A program made the translations under genes and the position numbers. Under the pieces are notes generated by a model, which saw only the letters and a list, made by a program, of their open reading frames with translations, was not told the origin of the DNA and made no database searches. Below, in pieces: positions 1 to 9,720 of a stretch of DNA of 63,345 nucleotides. The stretch comes from Campylobacteraceae bacterium (lineage in GTDB: Bacteria; Campylobacterota; Campylobacteria; Campylobacterales; Sulfurovaceae), in assembly GCA_027076905.1 (NCBI GenBank), contig JALTGP010000208.1:1-63345 (forward strand), written 5' to 3'. Within the stretch, counting starts at the first letter, position 1, and each line of letters opens with the position of its first letter.

Positions 1-100
1 TCTTATTGAAGCTATATTTAAGTTTCAAAGAGTTGCTATTTGAACATTTTTCCCTACAATTTACACGATAAAATGGAGAGATTGCGAAGGATTTTTTTAA

Positions 101-208
101 CATAAGGAATCTTCAAAGAACAAATCTGCAAAATGTGGCGAGGGTAAGTGTGGTGGTGATGCTAAAAAAATGAAGTGTGGCGAAGGCAAATGTGGAGGCT
201 CTAAGTAG
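101..208 (+). pseudogene. 3' fragment of a KCGEGKCG-repeat (HvfA/EGKCG-type Cys-rich) peptide or protein tail
   Basis: Hand translation HKESSKNKSAKCGEGKCGGDAKKMKCGEGKCGGSK* (TAG 206-208). In-frame TAA at 98-100, and the only in-frame ATG lies inside the repeats. Confidence 0.6.
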
Positions 209-269
209 AGACTAAAGCCATCGTTTCCCATATCTTTGAAATTAATATAGGGGAGAGGTATTTTCTCTC

Positions 270-504
270 CTATTTTTCAGAGACCCCTTTAACAAAACTC
301 ATATTTAATCCCAACCAACTCTCCAATCCACCTCGGTACCATTTTATCTTGTTTGCAGGATATCCAAGTTTGAGAAGAGATTTTATCATAAGGGTGGATT
401 GTGTACACCATACAGCATTACAAAAGACAGCGATGGTTTTTGCCTCTTTGAAATCATATGGTTTTTTATCCCCTTTTATTTCTAATCTTTTGAGTGCTTT
501 TTTG
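270..504 (-). pseudogene. C-terminal fragment of a rhodanese-like protein, truncated by the IS66 remnant
   Basis: FCNAVWC...GYP..KIKWYRGG..W rhodanese motif. The ORF-track start at 515 lies inside the IS66 inverted repeat, so the true 5' half is missing. Confidence 0.7.
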
Positions 505-910
505 GTAAGCCCCAAGTAAACCCCACCAACCCAACATTAAGAAACTTAAGCTAAAAGCTCCTTATCCACATTCCAAGATAATAGCTCTTCAATATCCTTC
601 CCATCCCTCTGAAAAATACTTCATCTCCAAAGAGGCTTGGTTGATTTACAAACTTTTCACTTTTTGATGTAAATTTTTGGCGTATGAGGTAATCTAGTTT
701 TTCTTTGAGGTATTGGTTCTCTTGTTTTAAAGAGTCTATTTCCATTTTATTATCAAGTTTACCTTCTTGATTCTGTATAGTTTTTATTAGCTCTTCTATG
801 GAAATAATCTCTTTTTTCATGTTGTTGTTATAGCTAAATTTAGTGGTTAGAATGATTGTTTTATGGTAGTTTTAGATGAAATTATTAGGTGGGGTTTACT
901 TGGTGTTTAC
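505..910 (-). mobile_element. Internally deleted (non-autonomous) IS66-family element, 406 bp
   Basis: Terminal inverted repeats gtaagccccaagtaaaccccacc (505-527) and ggtggggtttacttggtgtttac (888-910) match at 21/23 and start with GTAA. Contains a TnpC N-terminus (KFTSKSEK...QPSLF) and, in another frame, a TnpC C-terminal motif (DIEELLSWNV). No 8-bp target duplication seen. Confidence 0.85.
551..820 (-). pseudogene. IS66 transposase TnpC remnant (N-terminal coiled coil fused out of frame to the C-terminus)
   Basis: Leucine-zipper-like N-terminus with F..KSEK...Q.SLF motif; DDE core absent. Confidence 0.75.
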
Positions 911-969
911 CTATATTCTTTTTAAAAATATCTATTTTATAGGATTTAAAAGAGTTTTCTATGAATGAA

Positions 970-1060
970 TGGCGGACAGTGAGAGATTCGAACTCTCGGT
1001 ACCGTTACCAGTACGCATCCTTAGCAGGGATGTGGTTTCAGCCAACTCACCCAACTGTCC
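970..1060 (-). tRNA. tRNA-Ser (GCT)
   Basis: Reverse complement GGACAGTTGGGTGAGTTGGCTGAAACCACATCCCTGCTAAGGATG...GTTCGAATCTCTCACTGTCCGCCA: GCT anticodon, long variable arm, T-loop, encoded CCA. Confidence 0.97.
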
Positions 1061-1140
1061 ATGTGTTTGTGGAATGAGATTATAGGGGAAAAAAGCTTAA
1101 TCTTTTATAAAACAAGCTCTTTTTTTTTAATTATTTTATA

Positions 1141-1827
1141 CTATGCTATAAGTGTTAAAATATCTTTAACTTTTTGAAGAGGATTTTCATCTTTGTAGAT
1201 AGGTCTTCCAATTACAGGAAAATCTACACCCTCTTTTTGTGCCAACTCTATGGTGGCAACTCGCTGTTGGTCTCCTGCATCCTCTCCAAATGGTCGAATA
1301 CCTGGGCAAAGGGTTAAAAACTCATTTGAAGTGCCATCTTTTATAGCCTGACTCTCAAATGTTGAGCAAACAACCCCATCTAAACCATTTTCATAACTCA
1401 TCTTGGCAAACTGCTCTGCTTTTTCATTGATACTTTTTTCATATATAAGGGAAAAATTCTTTTTATCAAAAGAGGTTAAAGCTGTTACAGCTAGTACCAA
1501 TGGTCTATTCTCATAGGTTGAGAGTCTCTCCATTACTGTTCTCATTGCCACCTCTCCTGCACTGGCATGGATATTAAACATATCAACGCCTAGTTTTGCT
1601 ATCTCTTCTGCTGCATCTGCCATCGTGTTGGGAATATCATAAAGCTTTAAGTCTAAAAATATTTTAAAATTTGGATTTATTTTTTTTAACTCATCTATAA
1701 ATGGTTTTCCATCACGAATATAGGCTCTAAAACCTACCTTCATCCATATATCATGAGCTTTTAACTCTTTGGCTAGTTTCAAATTTTCACGTTTGGAGGG
1801 TAAATCTAAAGCTACACATAATTGCAT
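1141..1827 (-). CDS. pyrF: Orotidine-5'-phosphate decarboxylase
   Basis: [22 protein letters not shown] and GRPIY motifs. Confidence 0.97.
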   Translation of the reverse strand: MQLCVALDLPSKRENLKLAKELKAHDIWMKVGFRAYIRDGKPFIDELKKINPNFKIFLDLKLYDIPNTMADAAEEIAKLGVDMFNIHASAGEVAMRTVMERLSTYENRPLVLAVTALTSFDKKNFSLIYEKSINEKAEQFAKMSYENGLDGVVCSTFESQAIKDGTSNEFLTLCPGIRPFGEDAGDQQRVATIELAQKEGVDFPVIGRPIYKDENPLQKVKDILTLIA

Positions 1828-1884
1828 TTTTGACCTTTTTGTTTTTTTAGATATAATAGCTTAATTTTTATAAACAAGGACTAA

Positions 1885-2418
1885 ATGATTATGTTTGGAA
1901 AACAATCAAAACTGTACGAAATATCACAAGATACTATGGCAACATACAACTATGCAAAGTTTAACACCAATAAAGGTGTTATTTGGGTAAAACTCTATGC
2001 TGATGATGCACCAAATACCGTAGCTAACCTTGCACATTTAGCAAGTGAAGGATTTTATGATAACCTAAAATTTCATCGTGTAATTGCAGGATTTATGGCA
2101 CAAGGTGGTTGTCCACACTCAGGTAAAAATGGAAATCCAGAAATGGCAGGAACAGGTGGACCAGACTGGGCGATTGATTGTGAGACAGATACTAGCACAG
2201 AGCCTCATCGAAGAGGAACACTCTCTATGGCACATGCTGGACCAAATACAGGTGGTAGCCAATTTTTTATTACCTTTGTACCCACACCTCACCTTGATGG
2301 TGTTCATACCGTATTTGGTGCAATTGAATTGGATGATACAGAGAGCTTTTCTGTGCTTGACAAGATTGAACAAAATGATGATATTATTAGTATCGAGGTT
2401 GTTTCTGATAAAAATTAA
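1885..2418 (+). CDS. Cyclophilin-type peptidyl-prolyl cis-trans isomerase
   Basis: FHRVIAGFMAQGG, LSMAHAG, GSQFFI and HLDGVHTVFG motifs. Confidence 0.95.
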   Translation: MIMFGKQSKLYEISQDTMATYNYAKFNTNKGVIWVKLYADDAPNTVANLAHLASEGFYDNLKFHRVIAGFMAQGGCPHSGKNGNPEMAGTGGPDWAIDCETDTSTEPHRRGTLSMAHAGPNTGGSQFFITFVPTPHLDGVHTVFGAIELDDTESFSVLDKIEQNDDIISIEVVSDKN

Positions 2419-2540
2419 CTGAATATAAAAGCTCAGTTAATTTCGAATGAAATTAAAAAAAGCATAACTTCACACAATTAATACACATTTGTGTGTTTTT
2501 ATGTTATAATATCTTTAACTAACTTTAAAGGCAGAGATAG

Positions 2541-5354
2541 ATGATTAAGATATTCTTGAACCCAGCACTTTTTTTAATGAATAAATTATCTTTTAAATTT
2601 AAAATATTAGCGTCTATTTCTCTTCTTTTTTTTATCTTACTTTTTCCTTCACGTGATATTTTCAATAAATACCTTGAAGAACAAAATACCCAAAAACTAC
2701 AACTTGTAGGCTTGGAATATATGCAAATTACACATAAAATAATTAATGCATTACAAAAACATCGTGAAATTAGCCATATCTATTTAGAGAACAAAAAGCT
2801 ACAAAATAAAAAAGATAACCAAGATATTATTGAGGAGTTAAAAGAGTTAGAAGAGCTACTTTATCACAGAAAAAAATCTCTTCAAGATTATGACTCAGAG
2901 ACCCTTAATATTTTAAGTAATAATCGTAACTTTGGAAATGCTTTAAGCCAGTTTGAGCTTATTAGAGTAGCAAATCTTCCCCGTCATATCTCATCACATG
3001 AATTGTGCAAGAAACATACCAATATTATAAAATCATTACATGCAACACTACTCAATATTTCAGTGAAAACTAAATTTAACCAAAGTAGTGACCCAAAGAT
3101 TAAGTATCTTGCCAATATGCTACAAGACAAACTTCTGCATATCTATGAGTACACTGATCAACTAAAAATTTTAGCCTCAAATATATCTGACAGACTAGAA
3201 GAGGAGGATAGGCATCATCTATATCAACTCTCATCAGATTTAGCAAGATTAGAATCCAATTTAGTAGACAATAATACCATGAGCAGTGTCAATAATTATC
3301 ATACTATACAAGTGCTTACAACAAATGTGTCCGATACACTAAAAAGATTACTAAAAATATCAGAAGGAATTATTTTAAATAACAATATAGATTATGATAT
3401 CTCCTCATTTAAAGAAAAAACTGCCCTAGCAATGATTACAGAAGATGAGTTGTATGAAAAATTTATTTATGCCTACAGTGACACAATAAAAACATTAACT
3501 GAAAAACTAGAGAAAAAACTATGGTATTCACTTATTGGGTTTTTAACTATATTATTCATATCAGCATATATTATAGTGGCATTTTATCAATCTATTACAG
3601 AGAATATAAAAAAACTTCAAAGAGCTTCTGAGATGATTGCCTCAGGAAATACTAATATCCATTTAAATGTAGAGAAACCAGATGAGATTGGTAAAGCTCT
3701 TTTGGCTTTTAATATCATGAGTGACAAACTTAATAAAAACATCTCTTTTTTAGATGGATATAAACTTGCTATTGATAAGAGTAGTATTGTCTCAAAAACA
3801 AATTTAAAAGGTATTATCACCTATGCTAATGATATGTTTTGTGAAGTCTCTGGATACTCACAAGAGGAGCTTATAGGTAGTCCTCATAGTATTGTACGTC
3901 ATCCTGATGTAGAGCCATCATCTTTTTATGATTTATGGAATACAATTCAGAATAAAAAAATATGGAAAGGTGTTGTTAAAAATAGACGAAAAGATGGCTC
4001 TTCTTATATTGTCAATGCAACAGTTCTTCCTATTTTAGACAATAGAAAAGAGATTATTGAATATGTTGCCGTTCGTCATGATATTACAGAACTTGAAGAG
4101 AGTAAAGAGGAGATAAAGAAACAAAGAGTAGATTTATTAACAGGTCTATTTAACCGAAATCAACTTCTTGAAGATTTAAAAAAAGTTAACCGACCTATTA
4201 TTCTTTATATTAATATTGATGATTTTTCAACTTTAAATGATTTTTATGGAGAAGATGCAGGAGATAAAATTCTAAAACGCATCTCAGATATACTTATCAA
4301 TATACATGAGGATACAAAATTTAAACTCTATAAACTTGAATCTGATCAGTTTATTCTACTTTTTGAAGAGAGATATATTAAATTAGATGACCTATCTTAT
4401 TTCTTTGAAAAAATATTAGAAACAATTGAATTTAATATTAAGAATAACCAAAAAAGAGATAAAGATCGTATTGCTGTTTCAATTAGTGCGGGTGCTGCTA
4501 CTTACAAAATGTCTAGTGATTACCAAAAGCTTATACTATTTAGCTCCATTGCTCGTAAAAAAGCACTACTTGAATATAAAAAGTTCTTACTATTTCAAGA
4601 GAACATGAGAAAACCTGAAGAGTATGCACATAACATTGAGTGGATAAGTCGTATTAAAAAAGCAATTGAAGAGGATAGAATTATCTGCCACTATCAACCT
4701 ATATACTCAAATAATGGAAAAAATAATATTAAATATGAATCGCTAGTAAGACTTATAGATACTGATGGAGAGGCTATTTCACCATTTTTCTTTCTTGATA
4801 TTGCACGAAGGGCAAAACTCTATCCTAAAATTACTCAAATTGTTATTGATAAAGCATTTGCAACATTTAGAGATATGCCAACAACTGAATTCTCAGTTAA
4901 TCTATCTATTGAGGATATACTCTCTGAAAAGACAACAAACTATATCTATAATAAACTAGAGAGCTATCCAAATCCTGAGCGTGTTATTTTTGAAATAACC
5001 GAATCTGAAGAGATTATTGACTATAATAGAATTAATAAGTTTATAAAATATGTCAAGCAGTACGATGTAAAAATTGCTATAGATGATTTTGGTTCAGGAT
5101 ATGCAAATTTTGAACATATATTAAACATTGATACGGACTATATTAAAATAGATGGCTCTTTAATTAAAAATATTCATATAGATGAGAACTCTAAAATTAT
5201 TACCGAAGCGATTATCAATTTTTCTAAAAAACTTAATCGTCAAACCATTGTAGAGTTTGTTCATAATGAAGAAATTTTCAAAGTAGTCAAAGAACTTGGT
5301 GCTGACTACTCACAAGGGTTTTATCTAGGAGTACCCACCTTAACCGTGAAGTAA
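2541..5354 (+). CDS. Membrane sensor c-di-GMP phosphodiesterase (NIT-like periplasmic domain, HAMP, PAS, degenerate GGDEF, EAL)
   Basis: Two TM helices, HAMP (DEIGKALLAFN), PAS (ITYANDMFCEVSGYSQEELIG..HSIVRHPD), GGDEF fold with ESDQF, EAL-type YESLVRL and DDFGSGY. Confidence 0.88.
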   Translation: MIKIFLNPALFLMNKLSFKFKILASISLLFFILLFPSRDIFNKYLEEQNTQKLQLVGLEYMQITHKIINALQKHREISHIYLENKKLQNKKDNQDIIEELKELEELLYHRKKSLQDYDSETLNILSNNRNFGNALSQFELIRVANLPRHISSHELCKKHTNIIKSLHATLLNISVKTKFNQSSDPKIKYLANMLQDKLLHIYEYTDQLKILASNISDRLEEEDRHHLYQLSSDLARLESNLVDNNTMSSVNNYHTIQVLTTNVSDTLKRLLKISEGIILNNNIDYDISSFKEKTALAMITEDELYEKFIYAYSDTIKTLTEKLEKKLWYSLIGFLTILFISAYIIVAFYQSITENIKKLQRASEMIASGNTNIHLNVEKPDEIGKALLAFNIMSDKLNKNISFLDGYKLAIDKSSIVSKTNLKGIITYANDMFCEVSGYSQEELIGSPHSIVRHPDVEPSSFYDLWNTIQNKKIWKGVVKNRRKDGSSYIVNATVLPILDNRKEIIEYVAVRHDITELEESKEEIKKQRVDLLTGLFNRNQLLEDLKKVNRPIILYINIDDFSTLNDFYGEDAGDKILKRISDILINIHEDTKFKLYKLESDQFILLFEERYIKLDDLSYFFEKILETIEFNIKNNQKRDKDRIAVSISAGAATYKMSSDYQKLILFSSIARKKALLEYKKFLLFQENMRKPEEYAHNIEWISRIKKAIEEDRIICHYQPIYSNNGKNNIKYESLVRLIDTDGEAISPFFFLDIARRAKLYPKITQIVIDKAFATFRDMPTTEFSVNLSIEDILSEKTTNYIYNKLESYPNPERVIFEITESEEIIDYNRINKFIKYVKQYDVKIAIDDFGSGYANFEHILNIDTDYIKIDGSLIKNIHIDENSKIITEAIINFSKKLNRQTIVEFVHNEEIFKVVKELGADYSQGFYLGVPTLTVK

Positions 5355-5691
5355 AGAGTCACTTTTTATTATAATTTTAGAAAACAAGCAATAAAGAATC
5401 ATTCTGACTCTAAAAAGAGTAGAATATAAAAATATATAGTATATAGTGATATCTTAATTAAAAATCCTTTTTTGTGAAGAAATGTTTAAATCAACTCCCT
5501 TTATTTCGTAATAAAATAAACCTAAACTAAAATAAACATTTTAGATAGTATTATTAAAAATAATCATAAATTTTTTCATATTTTATACCTATTGATATAA
5601 GATTATCTGCTATACTTAATATAGATATTAACCAATAAGTTAATTTTTAAGAATTGTTTTTCTTTAAAAAACTTATTTTAAATAGGATAAA

Positions 5692-6096
5692 TTGATGAAA
5701 AAAACTTCTACAATCCCAAAAATATTGTTAACTTTGCTGTTTCTCTTTTGCATACCCTCTTTTGGAGGAAGTACGCTTGATTCAAATATTGCATACAATA
5801 AAGTATACCGTACAGATAGGATTGCGGACTCTTATCATTTTTTATTACTAGAGAAAAGTGGAAAATACTACCATCTTCATACCAATAAAACCACTACCAT
5901 CACCCCTAAAGAGCTTAAATCATCAAAAATTCTTAAAAACCTAGACAAAAAACAGTCATGGGGACAAGCTTTTGCCTCCAAAGGTGATTTTGTCAGAGAA
6001 AAGGGGAAAATATACACAAAACGTTACTGGGATATAATTAAGGCTATTTCTACAAAAAAAATTAAGTATTTAAATAAAACTTATACACTTCAATAA
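5692..6096 (+). CDS. Hypothetical basic exported protein
   Basis: Signal-peptide-like N-terminus and upstream RBS; no recognised domain. Confidence 0.6.
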   Translation: MMKKTSTIPKILLTLLFLFCIPSFGGSTLDSNIAYNKVYRTDRIADSYHFLLLEKSGKYYHLHTNKTTTITPKELKSSKILKNLDKKQSWGQAFASKGDFVREKGKIYTKRYWDIIKAISTKKIKYLNKTYTLQ

Positions 6097-6170
6097 AATC
6101 ATTTCTTCCCTCTTTATGATTTTTGGTTACAATACCCCCTCTATTTAAAATCATATAAGGAGTTCCATCT

Positions 6171-8063
6171 ATGTATGGATTTCACAGAGTTGCCTCTGCC
6201 GTAAATATTACAACTGTAGCCAATCCTACTAAAAATAGTGATGAGATATTTAAACTACTAAAAGAGTCCTATCTCAAAGATGTCTCTATTATTGTTTTTC
6301 CAGAATTAACGCTTACAGGATATACTGCCTCTGACCTATTTCTAAATCAACTGCTTCTTAAAAGTCAAAATAGTACCTTAGAGATACTTTTGGAAAAGAG
6401 TAAACATATATCAACAGTTGCCATTATAGGTATCGTCCTACTTCATCAAAACCGTCTCTATAACTGTGCTGTTGTTTTTCAAAGTGGTGTGATGCTTGGT
6501 ATTATCCCCAAAATCTTTCTACCCAACAAAAAAGAGTTTTATGAGAAACGACATTTTGTTTCAGGAAAAAAGATAAAAGAGCAGAGCATAATTTTTTTAG
6601 GACAAGAAGTACCCTTTGGTATAGACCTGCTCTTTAGTAACAATAGTGAGTTGACTTTTGGGGTAGAAATCTGTGAAGATTTATGGGCAGTAACCCCTCC
6701 TAGTAATCAAATGGCAATCAATGGAGCAAATCTATTATTTAACCTAAGTGCGAGTAATGAACTCATTGGAAAAGCAGAATATCGCGAGGAGTTGGTACGA
6801 ACACAGAGTGCTAGATGTATGGGGGCATATATCTACAGTTCAGCAGGAGTAGGAGAGTCCACTACTGATACTCTCTTTGGGGGTCACGCTATTATCTCAG
6901 AATATGGCTCTACTATAGCTCAAAATAGCCGTTTTTCATTAAAAAACTCTCTTGTTACAGCCGATATCGACCTAGAGCGTCTAAACTTTTTACGTCTCAA
7001 TGAGTCGAGTTTCTCTGATGGTGAGGTCTCCAATTTTAGAGCGATATCCATCGCCCCTATCCCACAAATAAAAGAGCTTAATCGTTTTATCCCCTCAACC
7101 CCCTTTGTTCCCTCTATATACCAAGAGAAAAATAGCCGTTGTGAAGAGATAATTAATATTCAAGCTCATGGACTTATCAAAAGAATGTCTCATGCCAAGA
7201 TAAAAAAAGTAATTATTGGTATCTCAGGAGGATTAGACTCGACCCTAGCCCTTCTCTCAACTCATAAAGCCTTTAAGATTATGAACTGGAACAGCACCGA
7301 TATTATTGCTATCACCATGCCAGGGTTTGGAACAACTAGTAGAACTAAAAACAATGCCGTAGAGCTATGTAATAGCTTAGAGGTGACACTTAGAACTATT
7401 GATATTAAAAAGATATCACTCGATGAATTTGAAGCGATAGGACACAATCCTGATAACCTATCTGTCACTTATGAAAATGTTCAAGCACGTGCAAGAACTT
7501 CTATATTAATGAACACAGCAAACCAAGAGGGTGGATTGGTCATTGGTACAGGAGACCTAAGTGAAATAGCCCTTGGATGGAGTACCTACAACGGCGACCA
7601 TATGAGTATGTATTCTTTAAATTCAGGTATCCCCAAAACACTTATCAAGTATGTGATAGAGTACTACAAAAGAAATGAAGAGATAGCCCACATCATAGAT
7701 GATATCCTAGATACCCCCATTAGCCCTGAACTTCTACCACACAATGACGATGAGATAGTCCAAGAGACCGAATCAATTGTTGGACCTTATGAGTTACATG
7801 ACTTCTTTTTGTACCATTTTATAAAATATGGAGCAACCCCACAAAAGATTCTGTTTTTAGCCAATCACGCTTTTGATAACTATGATAAGGAGACCATAAA
7901 AAAATGGCTCAAAAAATTTTTATGGAGATTTTTTACCCAACAGTTCAAACGCTCCTGTATGCCAGATGGACCAAAGATAGGAACAGTATCTCTAAGCCCA
8001 AGAGCCGATTGGAAGATGCCAAGTGATGCAAATATAGATATTTGGTTGGAGGGCTTAGAGTAG
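6171..8063 (+). CDS. nadE: Glutamine-dependent NAD+ synthetase
   Basis: Nitrilase domain (FPEL, EFYEKR, EICEDLW) fused to synthetase domain (SGGLDST, ENVQAR, QQFKRS). Confidence 0.96.
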   Translation: MYGFHRVASAVNITTVANPTKNSDEIFKLLKESYLKDVSIIVFPELTLTGYTASDLFLNQLLLKSQNSTLEILLEKSKHISTVAIIGIVLLHQNRLYNCAVVFQSGVMLGIIPKIFLPNKKEFYEKRHFVSGKKIKEQSIIFLGQEVPFGIDLLFSNNSELTFGVEICEDLWAVTPPSNQMAINGANLLFNLSASNELIGKAEYREELVRTQSARCMGAYIYSSAGVGESTTDTLFGGHAIISEYGSTIAQNSRFSLKNSLVTADIDLERLNFLRLNESSFSDGEVSNFRAISIAPIPQIKELNRFIPSTPFVPSIYQEKNSRCEEIINIQAHGLIKRMSHAKIKKVIIGISGGLDSTLALLSTHKAFKIMNWNSTDIIAITMPGFGTTSRTKNNAVELCNSLEVTLRTIDIKKISLDEFEAIGHNPDNLSVTYENVQARARTSILMNTANQEGGLVIGTGDLSEIALGWSTYNGDHMSMYSLNSGIPKTLIKYVIEYYKRNEEIAHIIDDILDTPISPELLPHNDDEIVQETESIVGPYELHDFFLYHFIKYGATPQKILFLANHAFDNYDKETIKKWLKKFLWRFFTQQFKRSCMPDGPKIGTVSLSPRADWKMPSDANIDIWLEGLE

Positions 8064-8118
8064 ACCAAAATTATAAACTCCTATCTAAATTGACTTTTAT
8101 CAAGAAGTAAAATAAAAA

Positions 8119-8568
8119 CTACTCAGGCTTCTCTTTAGGAGTCTCTTTCTCTACGGGTTGCTCGACATTTGCACTCTCTTTACCGATTGCATCAAGAACG
8201 GCATTGATAAAACGTGGTGACTTATCATCAGCAAGTGCTTTTGCCAATTCAATCGCTTCATTAATGATGATACGCTTGTCTACACCCTCAATCATAATCT
8301 CAAAGGTTGCCAAACGCATGATGGCTTTTTCTACTTTTCCAATTGATTTGTAATCCCAATCTTTGAGGTGTTTTTGTACTTCGATGTCTATTGCTTTTAG
8401 ATTGTGGATTGTTCCATTAAAAAGCATATGAGAAAACTCTCTTTGTTTGTTACGGATTTTGTCCTCTTCCAAAATAATATTGGTGAAATTTGAGATATTA
8501 TCATTTCCTAAATCATACGCATATAAAAGTCCAACTACTGCTGTTCTTGCTTGGTGTCGTGTTGCCAT
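8119..8568 (-). CDS. nusB: Transcription antitermination factor NusB
   Basis: ATRHQAR, IINEAIELAK and FINAVLD motifs; lies downstream of ribH. Confidence 0.95.
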   Translation of the reverse strand: MATRHQARTAVVGLLYAYDLGNDNISNFTNIILEEDKIRNKQREFSHMLFNGTIHNLKAIDIEVQKHLKDWDYKSIGKVEKAIMRLATFEIMIEGVDKRIIINEAIELAKALADDKSPRFINAVLDAIGKESANVEQPVEKETPKEKPE

Positions 8569-8575
8569 ACTCTGC

Positions 8576-9046
8576 CTACTTCTCTAATGCACGATAAAGG
8601 TTTATAAGCTCGATAAGTCCTACCATCGCTTCGCCACCTTTGTTTCCTGCTTTTGTTCCTGCTCTCTCAATTGCCTGTTCGATACTGTCAACTGTCAAAA
8701 CACCAAAAGTGGTAGGTTTTCCATGCTTTAGTGTCACTGATGCTACCCCTTTGGTCGCCTCTGCTGATACATAATCAAAATGAGGAGTCGCCCCACGAAT
8801 AACTGCTCCTAAACAACATACAGCATCATACTTACCAGAAGAGAGTGCTTTATCCAATGCAAAAGGTATCTCAAATGCACCAGGAACTAAAATCAAATCC
8901 AAATCTTTAGGGTCTCCTCCATGTCTTGCATAAACATCTTGAGCTCCCTCGACCAATCTATCGGTGATGAAGTGATTAAATCTAGCATTGATAATCGCTA
9001 CTTTCTTGCTTTTGTCTACTTGTAAATTGCCTTCTACTATGGTCAT
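8576..9046 (-). CDS. ribH: 6,7-dimethyl-8-ribityllumazine synthase
   Basis: [23 protein letters not shown] and GNKG motifs. Confidence 0.97.
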   Translation of the reverse strand: MTIVEGNLQVDKSKKVAIINARFNHFITDRLVEGAQDVYARHGGDPKDLDLILVPGAFEIPFALDKALSSGKYDAVCCLGAVIRGATPHFDYVSAEATKGVASVTLKHGKPTTFGVLTVDSIEQAIERAGTKAGNKGGEAMVGLIELINLYRALEK

Positions 9047-9195
9047 TATTACCTACCTAATTTTTATTTTTTTGAATTATAACAGATTCTATTTACAACT
9101 ACTATAATCTCACTGACTATTTATTCTAAACTTAACAAAATGATTAAATTTAATAGAATATTTATTATGTTATAATAAATAGAAAGGAATACTAT

Positions 9196-9711
9196 ATGAT
9201 TATTTTTATTAAATTTATAATCAAACTGACAATATTATTGTCACTGTTCACCTCTTTTATTCTCTCTCAATCTTTTGAACAAAATGGAGTAAAAGATGGA
9301 AATATACGGCTCTCTATGAGTCTCTATTCAGAACAGCCTCAAGATGAATCAAACAGTGTCAGTTTTGATATTCAATCTGGTTATTTTATTAGTGATAACA
9401 TTGAAATTTTATTTCTTTTGGGACTAGAAAAGATGAATGGTGCTGATGAGTTTTACTATAGACTTACACCTGGATTGAACTATTACTTCTATAATACACC
9501 TATTTTTACCCCCTATGTGGGGGCAAGAGTCTACTACTGGAATAGCTCTTATGAGTATATTTCAGAGAAAAAAGGAAGTAGTTTATCTATTGGTGGGCAT
9601 TTTTTTGTCAATGAAAATGTTGCTATCAGCCCTGAGTTTGGTATTGACTTTATTAATTTTGAATCTAAAGATGCTACCTATTTTAGCACATCTTTGAGTT
9701 ACTTTTTCTAA
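9196..9711 (+). CDS. Small outer-membrane beta-barrel protein
   Basis: Signal peptide, amphipathic beta strands (GLNYYF, PYVGAR) and C-terminal aromatic beta-signal SYFF. Confidence 0.7.
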   Translation: MIIFIKFIIKLTILLSLFTSFILSQSFEQNGVKDGNIRLSMSLYSEQPQDESNSVSFDIQSGYFISDNIEILFLLGLEKMNGADEFYYRLTPGLNYYFYNTPIFTPYVGARVYYWNSSYEYISEKKGSSLSIGGHFFVNENVAISPEFGIDFINFESKDATYFSTSLSYFF

Positions 9712-9720
9712 AAGGAATAT

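Noticed and set aside
270-515. Intact 81-aa rhodanese as given in the ORF track
   Set aside because: Its start codon lies inside the IS66 inverted repeat and the N-terminal half of the domain is missing.
5355-5691. Long AT-rich intergenic region as an ncRNA or riboswitch
   Set aside because: Only one terminator-like hairpin (attctgactc...gagtagaat) and promoter-like AT tracts; no recognisable RNA motif.
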